DNA of 64,000 bases from contig JBDRIV010000002.1 in NCBI GenBank assembly GCA_043815505.1, positions 374,943 to 438,942 on the forward strand. The letters are read 5' to 3'. Each line of letters begins with the position of its first letter. The first letter of the stretch is position 1. The notes beneath the pieces were generated by a model. It was not told where the DNA came from and did not search any database. It saw only the letters and a program-made list of their open reading frames with translations. Position numbers and translations under genes: made by a program. The DNA is from a bacterium. Lineage in GTDB: Bacteria; Patescibacteriota; JABMPQ01; JBDRIV01. Below, piece by piece: positions 48,103-57,448 of the stretch.

Positions 48103-49260
48103 TTGGAGAAAACTATGTCACAAAGCGAACAAAACGTAAATAACAAAGAATCTAAATCTATTTTAGACGAGGTTATTACCAGCCAACAAGAACGTGATTG
48201 GCAGGAACTTGATCCAAATAAAATTGTTTTTGGGTTAGTTCAGGAATTGCCATCAAGAACGGAGAGTATAATTGTCCGTCGTTTTGGTTTGGACGGAAAG
48301 GGTAAAAAGACCTTAGAGGAAATTGGTAAATCATACGGAATTACCAGAGAACGTGTTCGCCAAATTGAATCCGTGACAATCAAAGATATGCGCAAAAAAG
48401 GCAAACTTGATAATTTAGCTCCAGTGGAAGAGCATATTGAAATGATTTTAACTGAATATGGTCAAATTATGCACCATGATCATTTAATTGATACTTTTAT
48501 TACTAGACTTGATAATAAAAATATTAATAATCATTTGGTAGAATTTATTCTTGAACTATCTGATAAATTTGAAAAACATAATGAAACTGAAATTACTCAC
48601 AGAGCTTGGAGTATAAAAAATGCTAGCACAGAAATGATTCATGAAATAAACGAAGCTTTTAAGGAAGTCTTAGAAGGTCATGGTAAACCTATTCACTCAG
48701 AAAAAGTTCTAGATCATATTTCTGATCATGAAGTCTATAAAAAATACGAAGAAATTATTGATGAAAAATCAGTTGCTTCTTATCTAACAATAAGTAAACA
48801 CTTTATGCAAAATCCTTTTGCCGAGTGGGGACTGCGTGAATGGAGTGAAATTACACCCCGCGGTGTAAAAGATAAAGCTTATTTAGTTCTAGCTAAAAAA
48901 GGTGATCCGTTACATTTCCGCGATATTACAAAATCAATTAATGATTCGGGATTTTCCGGACGCCAAGCTTGTCAGCAAACAGTTCACAATGAACTTATTA
49001 AGGACGAACGATTTGTTTTAATCGGTCGGGGAATTTATGCTCTTAAAGAGTGGGGTTATTCAGAAGGAACAGTGGCCGATGTGGTTGAAAATCTTCTAAG
49101 AAAAAATGATACTTTAAGTCGCAAAGAAATTATTGATGGAGTTTTCAAACAAAGAATGGTAAAAAGAAATACTATTATTCTTGCGCTTCAAGATAAAAAC
49201 CGCTTTGCTAAGGTTAGCAAAGACCAGTTTAAATTAGCTGCTAAAGAAGAAGTTAAATAA
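48103..49260 (+). CDS. Sigma-70 region-4-like HTH protein with C-terminal HARE-HTH domain
   Basis: ESIIVRRFGLDGKGKKTLEEIGKSYGITRERVRQIE is a region-4 signature. C-terminal GDPLHFRDITKSI...RFVLIGRGIYALKEWGY is a HARE-HTH pattern. Confidence 0.6.
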   Translation: MEKTMSQSEQNVNNKESKSILDEVITSQQERDWQELDPNKIVFGLVQELPSRTESIIVRRFGLDGKGKKTLEEIGKSYGITRERVRQIESVTIKDMRKKGKLDNLAPVEEHIEMILTEYGQIMHHDHLIDTFITRLDNKNINNHLVEFILELSDKFEKHNETEITHRAWSIKNASTEMIHEINEAFKEVLEGHGKPIHSEKVLDHISDHEVYKKYEEIIDEKSVASYLTISKHFMQNPFAEWGLREWSEITPRGVKDKAYLVLAKKGDPLHFRDITKSINDSGFSGRQACQQTVHNELIKDERFVLIGRGIYALKEWGYSEGTVADVVENLLRKNDTLSRKEIIDGVFKQRMVKRNTIILALQDKNRFAKVSKDQFKLAAKEEVK

Positions 49261-49299
49261 GCTAATTTAATTAATTAAACAAAAATAAAACTCACACAC

Positions 49300-50664
49300 A
49301 TGCTGGTGACTATAATTGAAAACACGCCTAAAATTCAGGAAAAAGTGGTAGCAGAACCAACCACAACTGTCCCAACCCTGGGAGATGTTACATCTACTTT
49401 CTGGGGATATATTGCGGAAGTTTGGTGGCTTCTCTTGCCACTTTTTCTATTCTCAATCTTATGGAAAATTTGGATTGAATATAAAAAAGATGCTTACGAA
49501 CAAAGTATGGAGTATATTAATTTGGCCATTGATGTGCCAGATGTTTTAGATATTGGACCAGAGGCAATTGAACAAATATTTGCTGGCATCCATGGTGGCA
49601 TTGAAACTAATCCTAATATTATAGAAAAATATTGGGAAGGAAAAAGGGCGGAAAGAATTTCTTTTGAAATAACTGGTATTGATGGTTTCATTCGCTTTGT
49701 TGTTAGATTGCCAGAATATTATAGAGACTTAGTCGAAGCCCAAATTTATGCTCAGTATCCTGATGCTCAGATTTCTGAAACTCCTGATTATACCGAAAAC
49801 ATGCCGACTAAATTTCCCGACGATAATTATGATATGTTTGCTTGCGATTTTCAGTTAACCAAGGAAGATGCATATCCAATCAAAACCTATAAAGACTTTA
49901 TGAGTCAGGATGCCGAGATTCCTTTTAATGATCCCCTAAATAGTTTGACTGAAGGCTTAAGTAAATTATCACAAGGTGAGCAGGTTTGGTTACAAATAGT
50001 AGCCAGACCAAAAAGTGATGACTGGCATGATGACGGAGTTAAATTAGCCAAGAAATTAATTGGTGCCAAAGTTGAAGTCAAACAAACTGGTTTTGATAAA
50101 GCAGCTGAAGCCGTTCTTATTAAACCCTTGCACGCTGCTCAAAAAGGCTTAGAGGGAGCTGTTATGGGCTCAGAAGCTGAAGAGAGTAGTAATAGTAAAG
50201 ACGATCCTGTCAGTTTAATGCAGTTTTTATCACCAGGTGAAAGAAATGTTGTAGAAGCTTTGGAAAGAAACATTGCTAAGCCAGGTTTTGAAATTGGTTT
50301 TCGCTTTATTTATATTGCTAAAAAAGAAGTATTCAAAAAACCTAAAGGTGTTAAAATAGTAGTAGGCGCACTTAAGCAGTTTTCGTCATTGGATTTGAAT
50401 AGTTTTAAAATGAATAAAAAAACCAGAACTAAATTAGATTATCTATTTGTTGAACCGCGATTAAACAGACGTAAACGCAAAATGATGAGAAATTTTAAAG
50501 CGCGTGAAATGGATAAGAGACCAAAACCTTTTATATTGAGCACAGAAGAATTAGCCACTCTTTATCACTTTCCATTTTCATCTGTTAAAGCGCCAATGGT
50601 TCCAAGAACTGAATCGCGCAAGTCGCAACCTCCAATTGAATTACCTTTGGAAGATATTTCTTAA
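49300..50664 (+). CDS. Hypothetical bitopic membrane protein (one N-terminal TM + ~390-aa domain)
   Basis: TM segment WGYIAEVWWLLLPLFLFSILW. No motif recognised. Confidence 0.5.
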   Translation: MLVTIIENTPKIQEKVVAEPTTTVPTLGDVTSTFWGYIAEVWWLLLPLFLFSILWKIWIEYKKDAYEQSMEYINLAIDVPDVLDIGPEAIEQIFAGIHGGIETNPNIIEKYWEGKRAERISFEITGIDGFIRFVVRLPEYYRDLVEAQIYAQYPDAQISETPDYTENMPTKFPDDNYDMFACDFQLTKEDAYPIKTYKDFMSQDAEIPFNDPLNSLTEGLSKLSQGEQVWLQIVARPKSDDWHDDGVKLAKKLIGAKVEVKQTGFDKAAEAVLIKPLHAAQKGLEGAVMGSEAEESSNSKDDPVSLMQFLSPGERNVVEALERNIAKPGFEIGFRFIYIAKKEVFKKPKGVKIVVGALKQFSSLDLNSFKMNKKTRTKLDYLFVEPRLNRRKRKMMRNFKAREMDKRPKPFILSTEELATLYHFPFSSVKAPMVPRTESRKSQPPIELPLEDIS

Positions 50665-50670
50665 AACCAA

Positions 50671-52425
50671 ATGGAAGAAGAAGACAAATCTATTACAACT
50701 TTAGGTGAAACCAACTTTCGTGACCAAAGGAAACGTTTTGGTATAAAAGTTGATGATCGTCGTCGCCATATGTATCTGATTGGAAAAACAGGTATGGGAA
50801 AAACAACCATGATGGAAAACATGGTAATTTCTGATATCCAATCTGGCAAAGGTCTTTGTGTAGTTGACCCTCATGGTGACTTTGCTAATAAAATGTTGGA
50901 TTATGTACCCAGCGACAGAATAAATGATGTAGTTTATTTTGATCCGGGTGATGTTGATTTTCCGATTGCTTTTAATATTATGGAAAATGTAGATCCGCGC
51001 TATAAGCATTTAATTGCTTCTGGTTTAGTGGGGGTTTTCAAAAAGATTTGGGCAGAAAGTTGGGGACCACGATTGGAATATGTTTTGCGCAATGCCATTT
51101 TAGCTTTACTTGATTATCCGGGTTCTACATTACTTGGCATTATGAGAATGTTGGTTGATAAAACATTTCGCAAAAAAGTTATTACTAAGATTAGTGATCC
51201 AGTAGTAAAATCTTTTTGGGTTGATGAGTATTCCAAATATCCCGATCGTTTTCAAGCAGAAGCCATAGCTCCAATTCAAAACAAAGTTGGTCAGTTCTTA
51301 TCTATTTCCCTAATTAGAAATATAGTCGGTCAAACAAAATCCACTATCGACATTAGAGAAATTATGGATAAGAACAAAATTATTTTGTTAAACTTAGCAA
51401 AAGGAAAAATTGGTGAAGATGCTGCCGCACTTTTTGGTGCTATTGTTATTACCAAAGTGCAATTAGCCGCTATGAGTCGGGCTGACATTAATGAAGAAGA
51501 CAGAAAAGATTTCTATTTATATGTTGATGAGTTCCAAAATTTTGCTACCGAGTCCTTTGCTGATATCTTATCTGAAGCCAGAAAGTATCGTTTGAATTTG
51601 ATTATGGCTCATCAGTATATTGCTCAGCTTTCTGAACCGGTGCGCGACGCTGTTTTTGGCAATGTCGGTACTATGGTTTCCTTCCGCATTGGTGCTACCG
51701 ATGCCGAATTTTTAGCACAGGAATTTGCTCCAGTTTTTGATGAAACAGATTTGGTGAATTTGCCAAAATATAATATCTATTTAAAATTGATGATCGATGG
51801 TGTGGCTTCTAATGCATTTTCTGCTCAAACCATTGTTGATAATCATCCCAAACACAGTTTGCGAGATAAAGTTATTTCTGTTTCCCGCGAACGCTATGCT
51901 AAGAAAAGAGAAGTGGTAGAAGATAAAATTGCGCGTTGGTCAGGAATGTTTGATGAAGCTCAAGAGCAAGAAAGAACAGCACAAGAAGCTAGACAACAAA
52001 GAGGTGGTAGAGATAACAGATATCAAAGCAATAATCGTAATAATAGTTTTTCAGATAACAGAAATAGAAATAATAATTATCAAGATAATCGCAATCAGGA
52101 TAATCGTAGTCGTTATCAGAGACCGCCACAGCAAAAACAAAGCGTTAGACCATCACAAACAAAAAATTTGCTGCCGGGTGATACTTTTGAAATGCAAAAA
52201 GGTGTTGTGCTTAAAAAAGAAGACAACAACAGCAATCAACAAAAACCAATTTCATTAACAGAAGCCATAAAGAATGAAGAGGAAAAAAGAAAAATTAAAG
52301 AAGCTATGATAAGAAAACACGACGAGATTAGAAGAGATGAGCAAAAGCGATACAAAAGATTTAAAGAGCAACAAAATAATCAGAAAAAGTCAGATTCTGG
52401 AAAAAAAGTAAATTTTGATAAATAA
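50671..52425 (+). CDS. Type IV coupling protein-like P-loop ATPase (TrwB/TraD/VirD4-type NBD) with Asn/Arg/Gln-rich disordered tail
   Basis: Walker A LIGKTGMGKTT. VVDPHGDF. Walker B LYVDEFQNF. RKYRLNLIMAHQYIAQL...FGNVGTMVSFRIGATD is a TraG-D_C-like pattern. No TM. Confidence 0.65.
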   Translation: MEEEDKSITTLGETNFRDQRKRFGIKVDDRRRHMYLIGKTGMGKTTMMENMVISDIQSGKGLCVVDPHGDFANKMLDYVPSDRINDVVYFDPGDVDFPIAFNIMENVDPRYKHLIASGLVGVFKKIWAESWGPRLEYVLRNAILALLDYPGSTLLGIMRMLVDKTFRKKVITKISDPVVKSFWVDEYSKYPDRFQAEAIAPIQNKVGQFLSISLIRNIVGQTKSTIDIREIMDKNKIILLNLAKGKIGEDAAALFGAIVITKVQLAAMSRADINEEDRKDFYLYVDEFQNFATESFADILSEARKYRLNLIMAHQYIAQLSEPVRDAVFGNVGTMVSFRIGATDAEFLAQEFAPVFDETDLVNLPKYNIYLKLMIDGVASNAFSAQTIVDNHPKHSLRDKVISVSRERYAKKREVVEDKIARWSGMFDEAQEQERTAQEARQQRGGRDNRYQSNNRNNSFSDNRNRNNNYQDNRNQDNRSRYQRPPQQKQSVRPSQTKNLLPGDTFEMQKGVVLKKEDNNSNQQKPISLTEAIKNEEEKRKIKEAMIRKHDEIRRDEQKRYKRFKEQQNNQKKSDSGKKVNFDK

Positions 52426-52877
52426 TGTTATTTACACCTCACATGGCAGTTGGTTCAGCTTTAGGAATCTTGATGCCAAATTATTGGTTTTTAGTAATTA
52501 TAGGAATCATTTCTCATTTCTTTTTAGATAATATTCCACATTGGCAGGAAGAAATGGATTCAAATTATGTACCTACCAAGAAAACATTTATTCGAATTTT
52601 AATAGACGTTCCCTTGGGACTTCTTTTTGTTTGGTGGGTAGTTACACTTTTTCCCGAATATACATCTTTTATAATTTTTGGTACTTTTATACAGTTTCTA
52701 CCAGATTTTATTGATCTGCTTAGATATTTACCGAAACGTTTTAATGGATTTATTCTTTGGTATATAAAATGGCACGACTCTATTCAAAATGAACCGCGGG
52801 GAGTATTTGGTATTATAACCCAATTATTTACAATATTATTAGCTGCAGTTGTTGTAATAGGAAATTCTGGTTTATAG
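52425..52877 (+). CDS. YdjM-like membrane-bound metal-dependent hydrolase (DUF457 family)
   Basis: 4 TM. HFFLDNIPHW motif. Confidence 0.5.
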   Translation: MLFTPHMAVGSALGILMPNYWFLVIIGIISHFFLDNIPHWQEEMDSNYVPTKKTFIRILIDVPLGLLFVWWVVTLFPEYTSFIIFGTFIQFLPDFIDLLRYLPKRFNGFILWYIKWHDSIQNEPRGVFGIITQLFTILLAAVVVIGNSGL

Positions 52878-52898
52878 AGAAGCTTTTTAAAGATAGAA

Positions 52899-52923
52899 GT
52901 CCCCTTAAATAGGGGATTTTTTA
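52899..52923 (+). terminator. Rho-independent terminator
   Basis: tcccctt-aaat-aggggat hairpin followed by T6. Confidence 0.65.
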
Positions 52924-53019
52924 GTAGAAGTAAATAGGGTGTTTCGCGCGAAACACTCCATACACATGAACGATAATTGCAAAAAATAGTTATAAAAAGT
53001 TATCCACACATTAAGGCAT

Positions 53020-53047
53020 TGACGTTCGGTATATGTTCGGTATAATG
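53020..53047 (+). promoter_or_regulatory. lexA promoter with embedded GTTC-N7-GTTC direct repeat (53025-53039)
   Basis: TTGACG-16-TATAAT. The spacer contains GTTCggtatatGTTC. Confidence 0.5.
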
Positions 53048-53073
53048 AAAGTATCTTCAATTAAATAAAACTT

Positions 53074-53685
53074 ATGAACTGGAATAAACGATTAACTAAA
53101 CGTCAGAAAGAGCTTTTAGAATTCATTGAAAAATTTGTTAGAGAAAATGATTATTCCCCCAGCTACCAGGAAATAGCTGATCATTTTCAGTTATCTTCCA
53201 AGGCCACTGTTTACGAGCACATCCAAAACTTGAAGGAAAAGGGCTACCTCAAGTTGGATGAAGGGTTGTCTCGGTCTTTGTCATTGACAGAGATCGATAA
53301 AACTCGCCCGGCAGTGGTCTTGCCCCTGGTAGGAACTATTGCGGCCGGTGAACCCATTGAAGCTATTGAGGACAATGAAACTGTTGATGTACCAGAAAGC
53401 ATGGTGGGAGATAAAGCTTGCTATGCCCTAAAAGTTCGAGGCAACTCTATGATAGAAGACGGGATTTTTGATGGTGATACAGTTGTGATTGAAAGAAACT
53501 ATTATCCCAATAACGGCGACACAGTGGTAGCTTTAATTGATAATGAATCAGCCACGCTAAAAAGATATTACCGCGAACGCGGCCGAATTAGATTACAACC
53601 GGCAAATAAAACCATGCGACCACTTTTTGTAAAGAATCCAACCATTCAGGGAATTGCTCGGGCGGTGATTAGAAAATTCAAATAG
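53074..53685 (+). CDS. lexA: SOS repressor LexA
   Basis: N-terminal winged HTH. Ala-Gly cleavage site (GTIAAGEP). S24 Ser/Lys motifs (GNSM...). Confidence 0.9.
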   Translation: MNWNKRLTKRQKELLEFIEKFVRENDYSPSYQEIADHFQLSSKATVYEHIQNLKEKGYLKLDEGLSRSLSLTEIDKTRPAVVLPLVGTIAAGEPIEAIEDNETVDVPESMVGDKACYALKVRGNSMIEDGIFDGDTVVIERNYYPNNGDTVVALIDNESATLKRYYRERGRIRLQPANKTMRPLFVKNPTIQGIARAVIRKFK

Positions 53686-53689
53686 GAAG

Positions 53690-53932
53690 ATGGTGGAAAC
53701 TATAAATGAACCAATTAACGTGGTAGCATCTTTTGCTAATGGAAAGGTTAGACCCCGAAAATTTGTTTGGGGACGGCGTGTTTATCCAGTAGAAGCAATT
53801 CATCTTATTCATCGTAGTAGAAAGGGGCGGGCGGAACTCTATTTCTTTTCCGTTTCTGATGGCGTTAATGTTTTTAAACTTTTGTTTAACAACGAAACTT
53901 TGGATTGGGTTTTGGAAGAAGTCTATATTTAA
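53690..53932 (+). CDS. Hypothetical small protein co-transcribed with lexA
   Basis: 4-nt gap after lexA. No motif. Confidence 0.4.
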   Translation: MVETINEPINVVASFANGKVRPRKFVWGRRVYPVEAIHLIHRSRKGRAELYFFSVSDGVNVFKLLFNNETLDWVLEEVYI

Positions 53933-53981
53933 AAGATTAAAGAGTAAAAAGCAAAGAGAAAAGTAAAAATAATTTACTAAA

Positions 53982-54374
53982 ATGAATTATAAAGGAGTAA
54001 TAATTGAAGAAAGTTTAGACGATGTTAATATTCTCAAAGATATTAAAGTACTTAAAACAAAAGTTGAAGATGTTACTAAAAAACATCAAACATTTTGGTT
54101 AAAAAAATGGACCTTGCATACAGTTGAGATAACTGAAGACAAGGCTGAAAAAATAGCTACCAAATTAAGTAATGGTTTAGAAAAAGAGCATAATTGGTAT
54201 GCCGACTACAAAAATGATAAATATCATTATATTATATATCGAAATAAAATATTTAAAGTAGATCTACAAAATCCAATATTATATGCAGATGCAAAGAAGT
54301 ATGGTTTGTCGCTGGGAATACCAAAACATCAAGTGGATTTTGATCCAGATGACAAGATGTGGAAAAGAGATTAA
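53982..54374 (+). CDS. Hypothetical protein
   Basis: ORF only. Confidence 0.4.
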   Translation: MNYKGVIIEESLDDVNILKDIKVLKTKVEDVTKKHQTFWLKKWTLHTVEITEDKAEKIATKLSNGLEKEHNWYADYKNDKYHYIIYRNKIFKVDLQNPILYADAKKYGLSLGIPKHQVDFDPDDKMWKRD

Positions 54375-54425
54375 TAAATTTAATAAATAAGGAATCCGCT
54401 GTAAAGGCGGTTTTATTATCCAAAA

Positions 54426-55649
54426 ATGAAGAGAGTAATAATGCATCTGGATATGGATTCGTACTTTGCCACTTGTGAACAGCAAGCGAATCCCAAATTG
54501 CGCGGTTGCCCTGTGGTTGTAACGGGCGATCCCAAAGGTCGGTCAGTAATTTCGGCTGCCTCCAAAGAGGCTAAAAAACTTGGCATAAAATCTGGTATGC
54601 CTGTTTTTGAAGCTAAAAACATTTCTCCTTCTATAGTTTTTATTAATCATGACTTTCACAAATATAAATATATCACAGAAAATATTATCAAAATTGTGGA
54701 ACACTACACACCCATGGTAGAAATATTTAGCATTGATGAAGTGTTTTTAGATTTAACTAAAACTCACACAAGATATGGAGGTGTAAAAAACATAGCCAGT
54801 AAAATAAAAACGGAATTAAAAAATGAAATTGGTGATTTTATGACTTGTTCTGTTGGCGTGGCACCAAATAAAATGTTGGCCAAAGTAGTCTCTGAAATAA
54901 ACAAACCTGACGGCTATTATTATTTATCAGCCAGAAATGTAAAAACTTTCTTGGCAAATTTAAAAGTAGAGGAAGTTTGTGGCATTGGACCAAAAACTAC
55001 AGTTGTAATAAATCGTTGGGGAGCATTTACCATGGGTGATGTGGCTAAGCTTAATCAGGTGATGTTAACTGACATGTTTGGTGTTTGGGGCTACGATTTA
55101 CATCGGATGGCAAAAGGGATTGATTCTTCACCAGTAGTTCCATATTATTTTAGTGATGACGCTAAATCATATGGCCATCAGGTAACATTGGAAAAGAATA
55201 CAGTTGACGTAAATGAAATGAAAGCAATTTTATTTCGTTTGTGTGAAAGAGTGGCTAGAAGAATGAGAAAAGATAATGCTTTTGGTCGCGTGGCCAGACT
55301 TTCAGTTCGTTACGATAATTTTAAAGGCTTCTCAAAACAAACCACTTTGCAGTTCTATACTTATGATGGTCAGGATATATTCACTTACGTAATGTTTCTA
55401 TTTGAATCGCAGAAGCTTTTAAGGCCCGTTAGATTGCTCGGTGTTAGTGTGTCGGGAATTGTTGTTAACAATGAACAGTTACCAGTTTTGGCTAAAGAAA
55501 GCAAAAGACGCCAACTTCTAAAAACTATTGATAAAATAAACGATCGTTATGGTAATAATGCCGTATTGCGCGGCGATGCTTTTTGGCACGCCTACTACAA
55601 CAAAAAAGAAGTTTCCTACCATTTTATTGAGCGCGGTGAATTTACTTAA
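54426..55649 (+). CDS. dinB: Y-family DNA polymerase IV
   Basis: MHLDMDSYFA and SIDEVFLD catalytic acidic residues. Collinear with E. coli DinB. Confidence 0.85.
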   Translation: MKRVIMHLDMDSYFATCEQQANPKLRGCPVVVTGDPKGRSVISAASKEAKKLGIKSGMPVFEAKNISPSIVFINHDFHKYKYITENIIKIVEHYTPMVEIFSIDEVFLDLTKTHTRYGGVKNIASKIKTELKNEIGDFMTCSVGVAPNKMLAKVVSEINKPDGYYYLSARNVKTFLANLKVEEVCGIGPKTTVVINRWGAFTMGDVAKLNQVMLTDMFGVWGYDLHRMAKGIDSSPVVPYYFSDDAKSYGHQVTLEKNTVDVNEMKAILFRLCERVARRMRKDNAFGRVARLSVRYDNFKGFSKQTTLQFYTYDGQDIFTYVMFLFESQKLLRPVRLLGVSVSGIVVNNEQLPVLAKESKRRQLLKTIDKINDRYGNNAVLRGDAFWHAYYNKKEVSYHFIERGEFT

Positions 55650-55685
55650 ATAGCAAATTTCAATACTTTTTGATAACATGTAGTC

Positions 55686-56336
55686 ATGAACAAAAAAGAA
55701 GCAATTAATAAAACTGAAATATTTGTTAAAGAAACTTTAGCTAATGCTGAAGGCGGGCACGATTGGTGGCATATTAATCGTGTTTGGAAATTGGCGCGGC
55801 ATATTGCGAAAACTGAAATAGTTGATGAATTTATTGTTGATTTAGGTGCTTTATTGCACGATATTGCTGAACAAAAGTTTCATGATGGGAATGAAGAGAT
55901 TGGGTCCAAGAGGGCTAGAGAGTTTCTAGAATTAATTGGTATTAATGAGGATGTAATTTTTCATATAGAAAGTATTATAAAAAATGTTTCTTATACTAAA
56001 AGATTAGAACAAAAATTCAAATCCCCAGAACTGGATGTTATACAAGATGCTGATAGGTTAGATGCCTTAGGAGCTATTGGTATTGCAAGAACATTTATGT
56101 ATGGAGGAAGAAAAAATAGATTGATTTATGATCCAAATATTAATCCAAACTTAAACAGAACAAAAGAAGATTACAAAAATGATACAACTCCTGTACTAAA
56201 TCATTTTTATGAAAAGCTTCTATTATTGAAAGATAAAATGAACACAAATACTGGTAAGAAAATAGCAGAGCACAGACATAAATATTTAGAACAGTATCTT
56301 GATGAGTTTTACAAAGAATGGGAGGGTGAATTATGA
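55686..56336 (+). CDS. HD-domain phosphohydrolase
   Basis: H...HD motif (WHINRVW...LLHDIAE). Confidence 0.6.
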   Translation: MNKKEAINKTEIFVKETLANAEGGHDWWHINRVWKLARHIAKTEIVDEFIVDLGALLHDIAEQKFHDGNEEIGSKRAREFLELIGINEDVIFHIESIIKNVSYTKRLEQKFKSPELDVIQDADRLDALGAIGIARTFMYGGRKNRLIYDPNINPNLNRTKEDYKNDTTPVLNHFYEKLLLLKDKMNTNTGKKIAEHRHKYLEQYLDEFYKEWEGEL

Positions 56337-57394
56337 AAACTAAATCAAAAACAATCGTGGTTGGAATGAGTGGCGGTGTTGATTCATCCGTTACCGCTGC
56401 CATTTTGAAAGATCAAAGTTACAATGTAATCGGTGTTTTTATGTACAATTGGGATGATAAAGCCATGGGAACAGAAAAAATAAACGGCTGTACAGCCGAA
56501 AGCGATCAGCAAGATGTGCGCAAGGTTTGCGGTCAATTAAATATTCCTTTCTATACTTTTAATTTCACCAAGGAATATAGAAGAAAAGTTTTTAATTATT
56601 TCATTTCTGAATATAAAAAAAATAGAACTCCCAATCCCGATATGTTGTGTAATAAAGAAATCAAATTTGAAGTTTTTGCAGAGAAAGCAAAACAATTGGG
56701 AGCAGACCTCATAGCAACAGGACACTACGCAATTCTTAAAAAAGGACAACTGTATAGAGGAAAAGATGAGAGTAAAGATCAATCATATTTTTTGGCAGCT
56801 ACAGAAAAAAAGAAATTTAGCAATGTATTATTTCCGCTCGGTGAATTGAAAAAAGAGCAAGTTAGAAAACTGGCTAAGAAATATAAATTAGTAGTGGCTG
56901 ATAAAAAAGATTCGCAAGGAATTTGTTTTGTTGGTAATATTGAAGTGGCCAAATTCTTAAGAATGTTCATGAAACCTAAGAAAGGAAAAGTTATCACTGA
57001 AGAAGGCGAAGTTATTGGTGAACACGACGGAGCGCATTTTTATACTATTGGTCAACGTCATGGCCTGGGAATAGCTTCTGATTTACCATATTTTATAACG
57101 AGAACTGATGTAAAAAAGAACATAGTTTATGTGGGAAAAGGTTCTCATCACAAAGCATTGTTTAGAAAAACTCTTGTTTTGTCCAAACTTAATTATTTTG
57201 TTTCTCAAAAAAAAATACCAAAAAATGTCCAAATTCAAATTAGATATAGACATAAGGCCGTACCAGCAAAAATTACTAAAAAAGGTAAGAAATATTATAT
57301 AGAATTTAAAAATTTACAAAGAGCGGTAACACCTGGTCAATTTGGCGTGATTTACAAGAAAAATCAAGTTTTAGCAGCGGGTATTATTAATTAA
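56333..57394 (+). CDS. mnmA: tRNA-specific 2-thiouridylase
   Basis: PP-loop VVGMSGGVDSS. Catalytic Cys regions. Collinear with MnmA. Confidence 0.9.
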   Translation: MKTKSKTIVVGMSGGVDSSVTAAILKDQSYNVIGVFMYNWDDKAMGTEKINGCTAESDQQDVRKVCGQLNIPFYTFNFTKEYRRKVFNYFISEYKKNRTPNPDMLCNKEIKFEVFAEKAKQLGADLIATGHYAILKKGQLYRGKDESKDQSYFLAATEKKKFSNVLFPLGELKKEQVRKLAKKYKLVVADKKDSQGICFVGNIEVAKFLRMFMKPKKGKVITEEGEVIGEHDGAHFYTIGQRHGLGIASDLPYFITRTDVKKNIVYVGKGSHHKALFRKTLVLSKLNYFVSQKKIPKNVQIQIRYRHKAVPAKITKKGKKYYIEFKNLQRAVTPGQFGVIYKKNQVLAAGIIN

Positions 57395-57448
57395 CTTTTC
57401 AAAAAGCTAAATTTCCTTTATAATAAGAGAAAAATAGCTTTATTTTTT

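Noticed and set aside
51929-52258. Plus-strand ORF 51929-52258 inside the ATPase gene
   Set aside because: It is an alternative frame through the Asn/Arg/Gln low-complexity tail-coding region. Such ORFs arise by chance in AAT/AGA-rich DNA.
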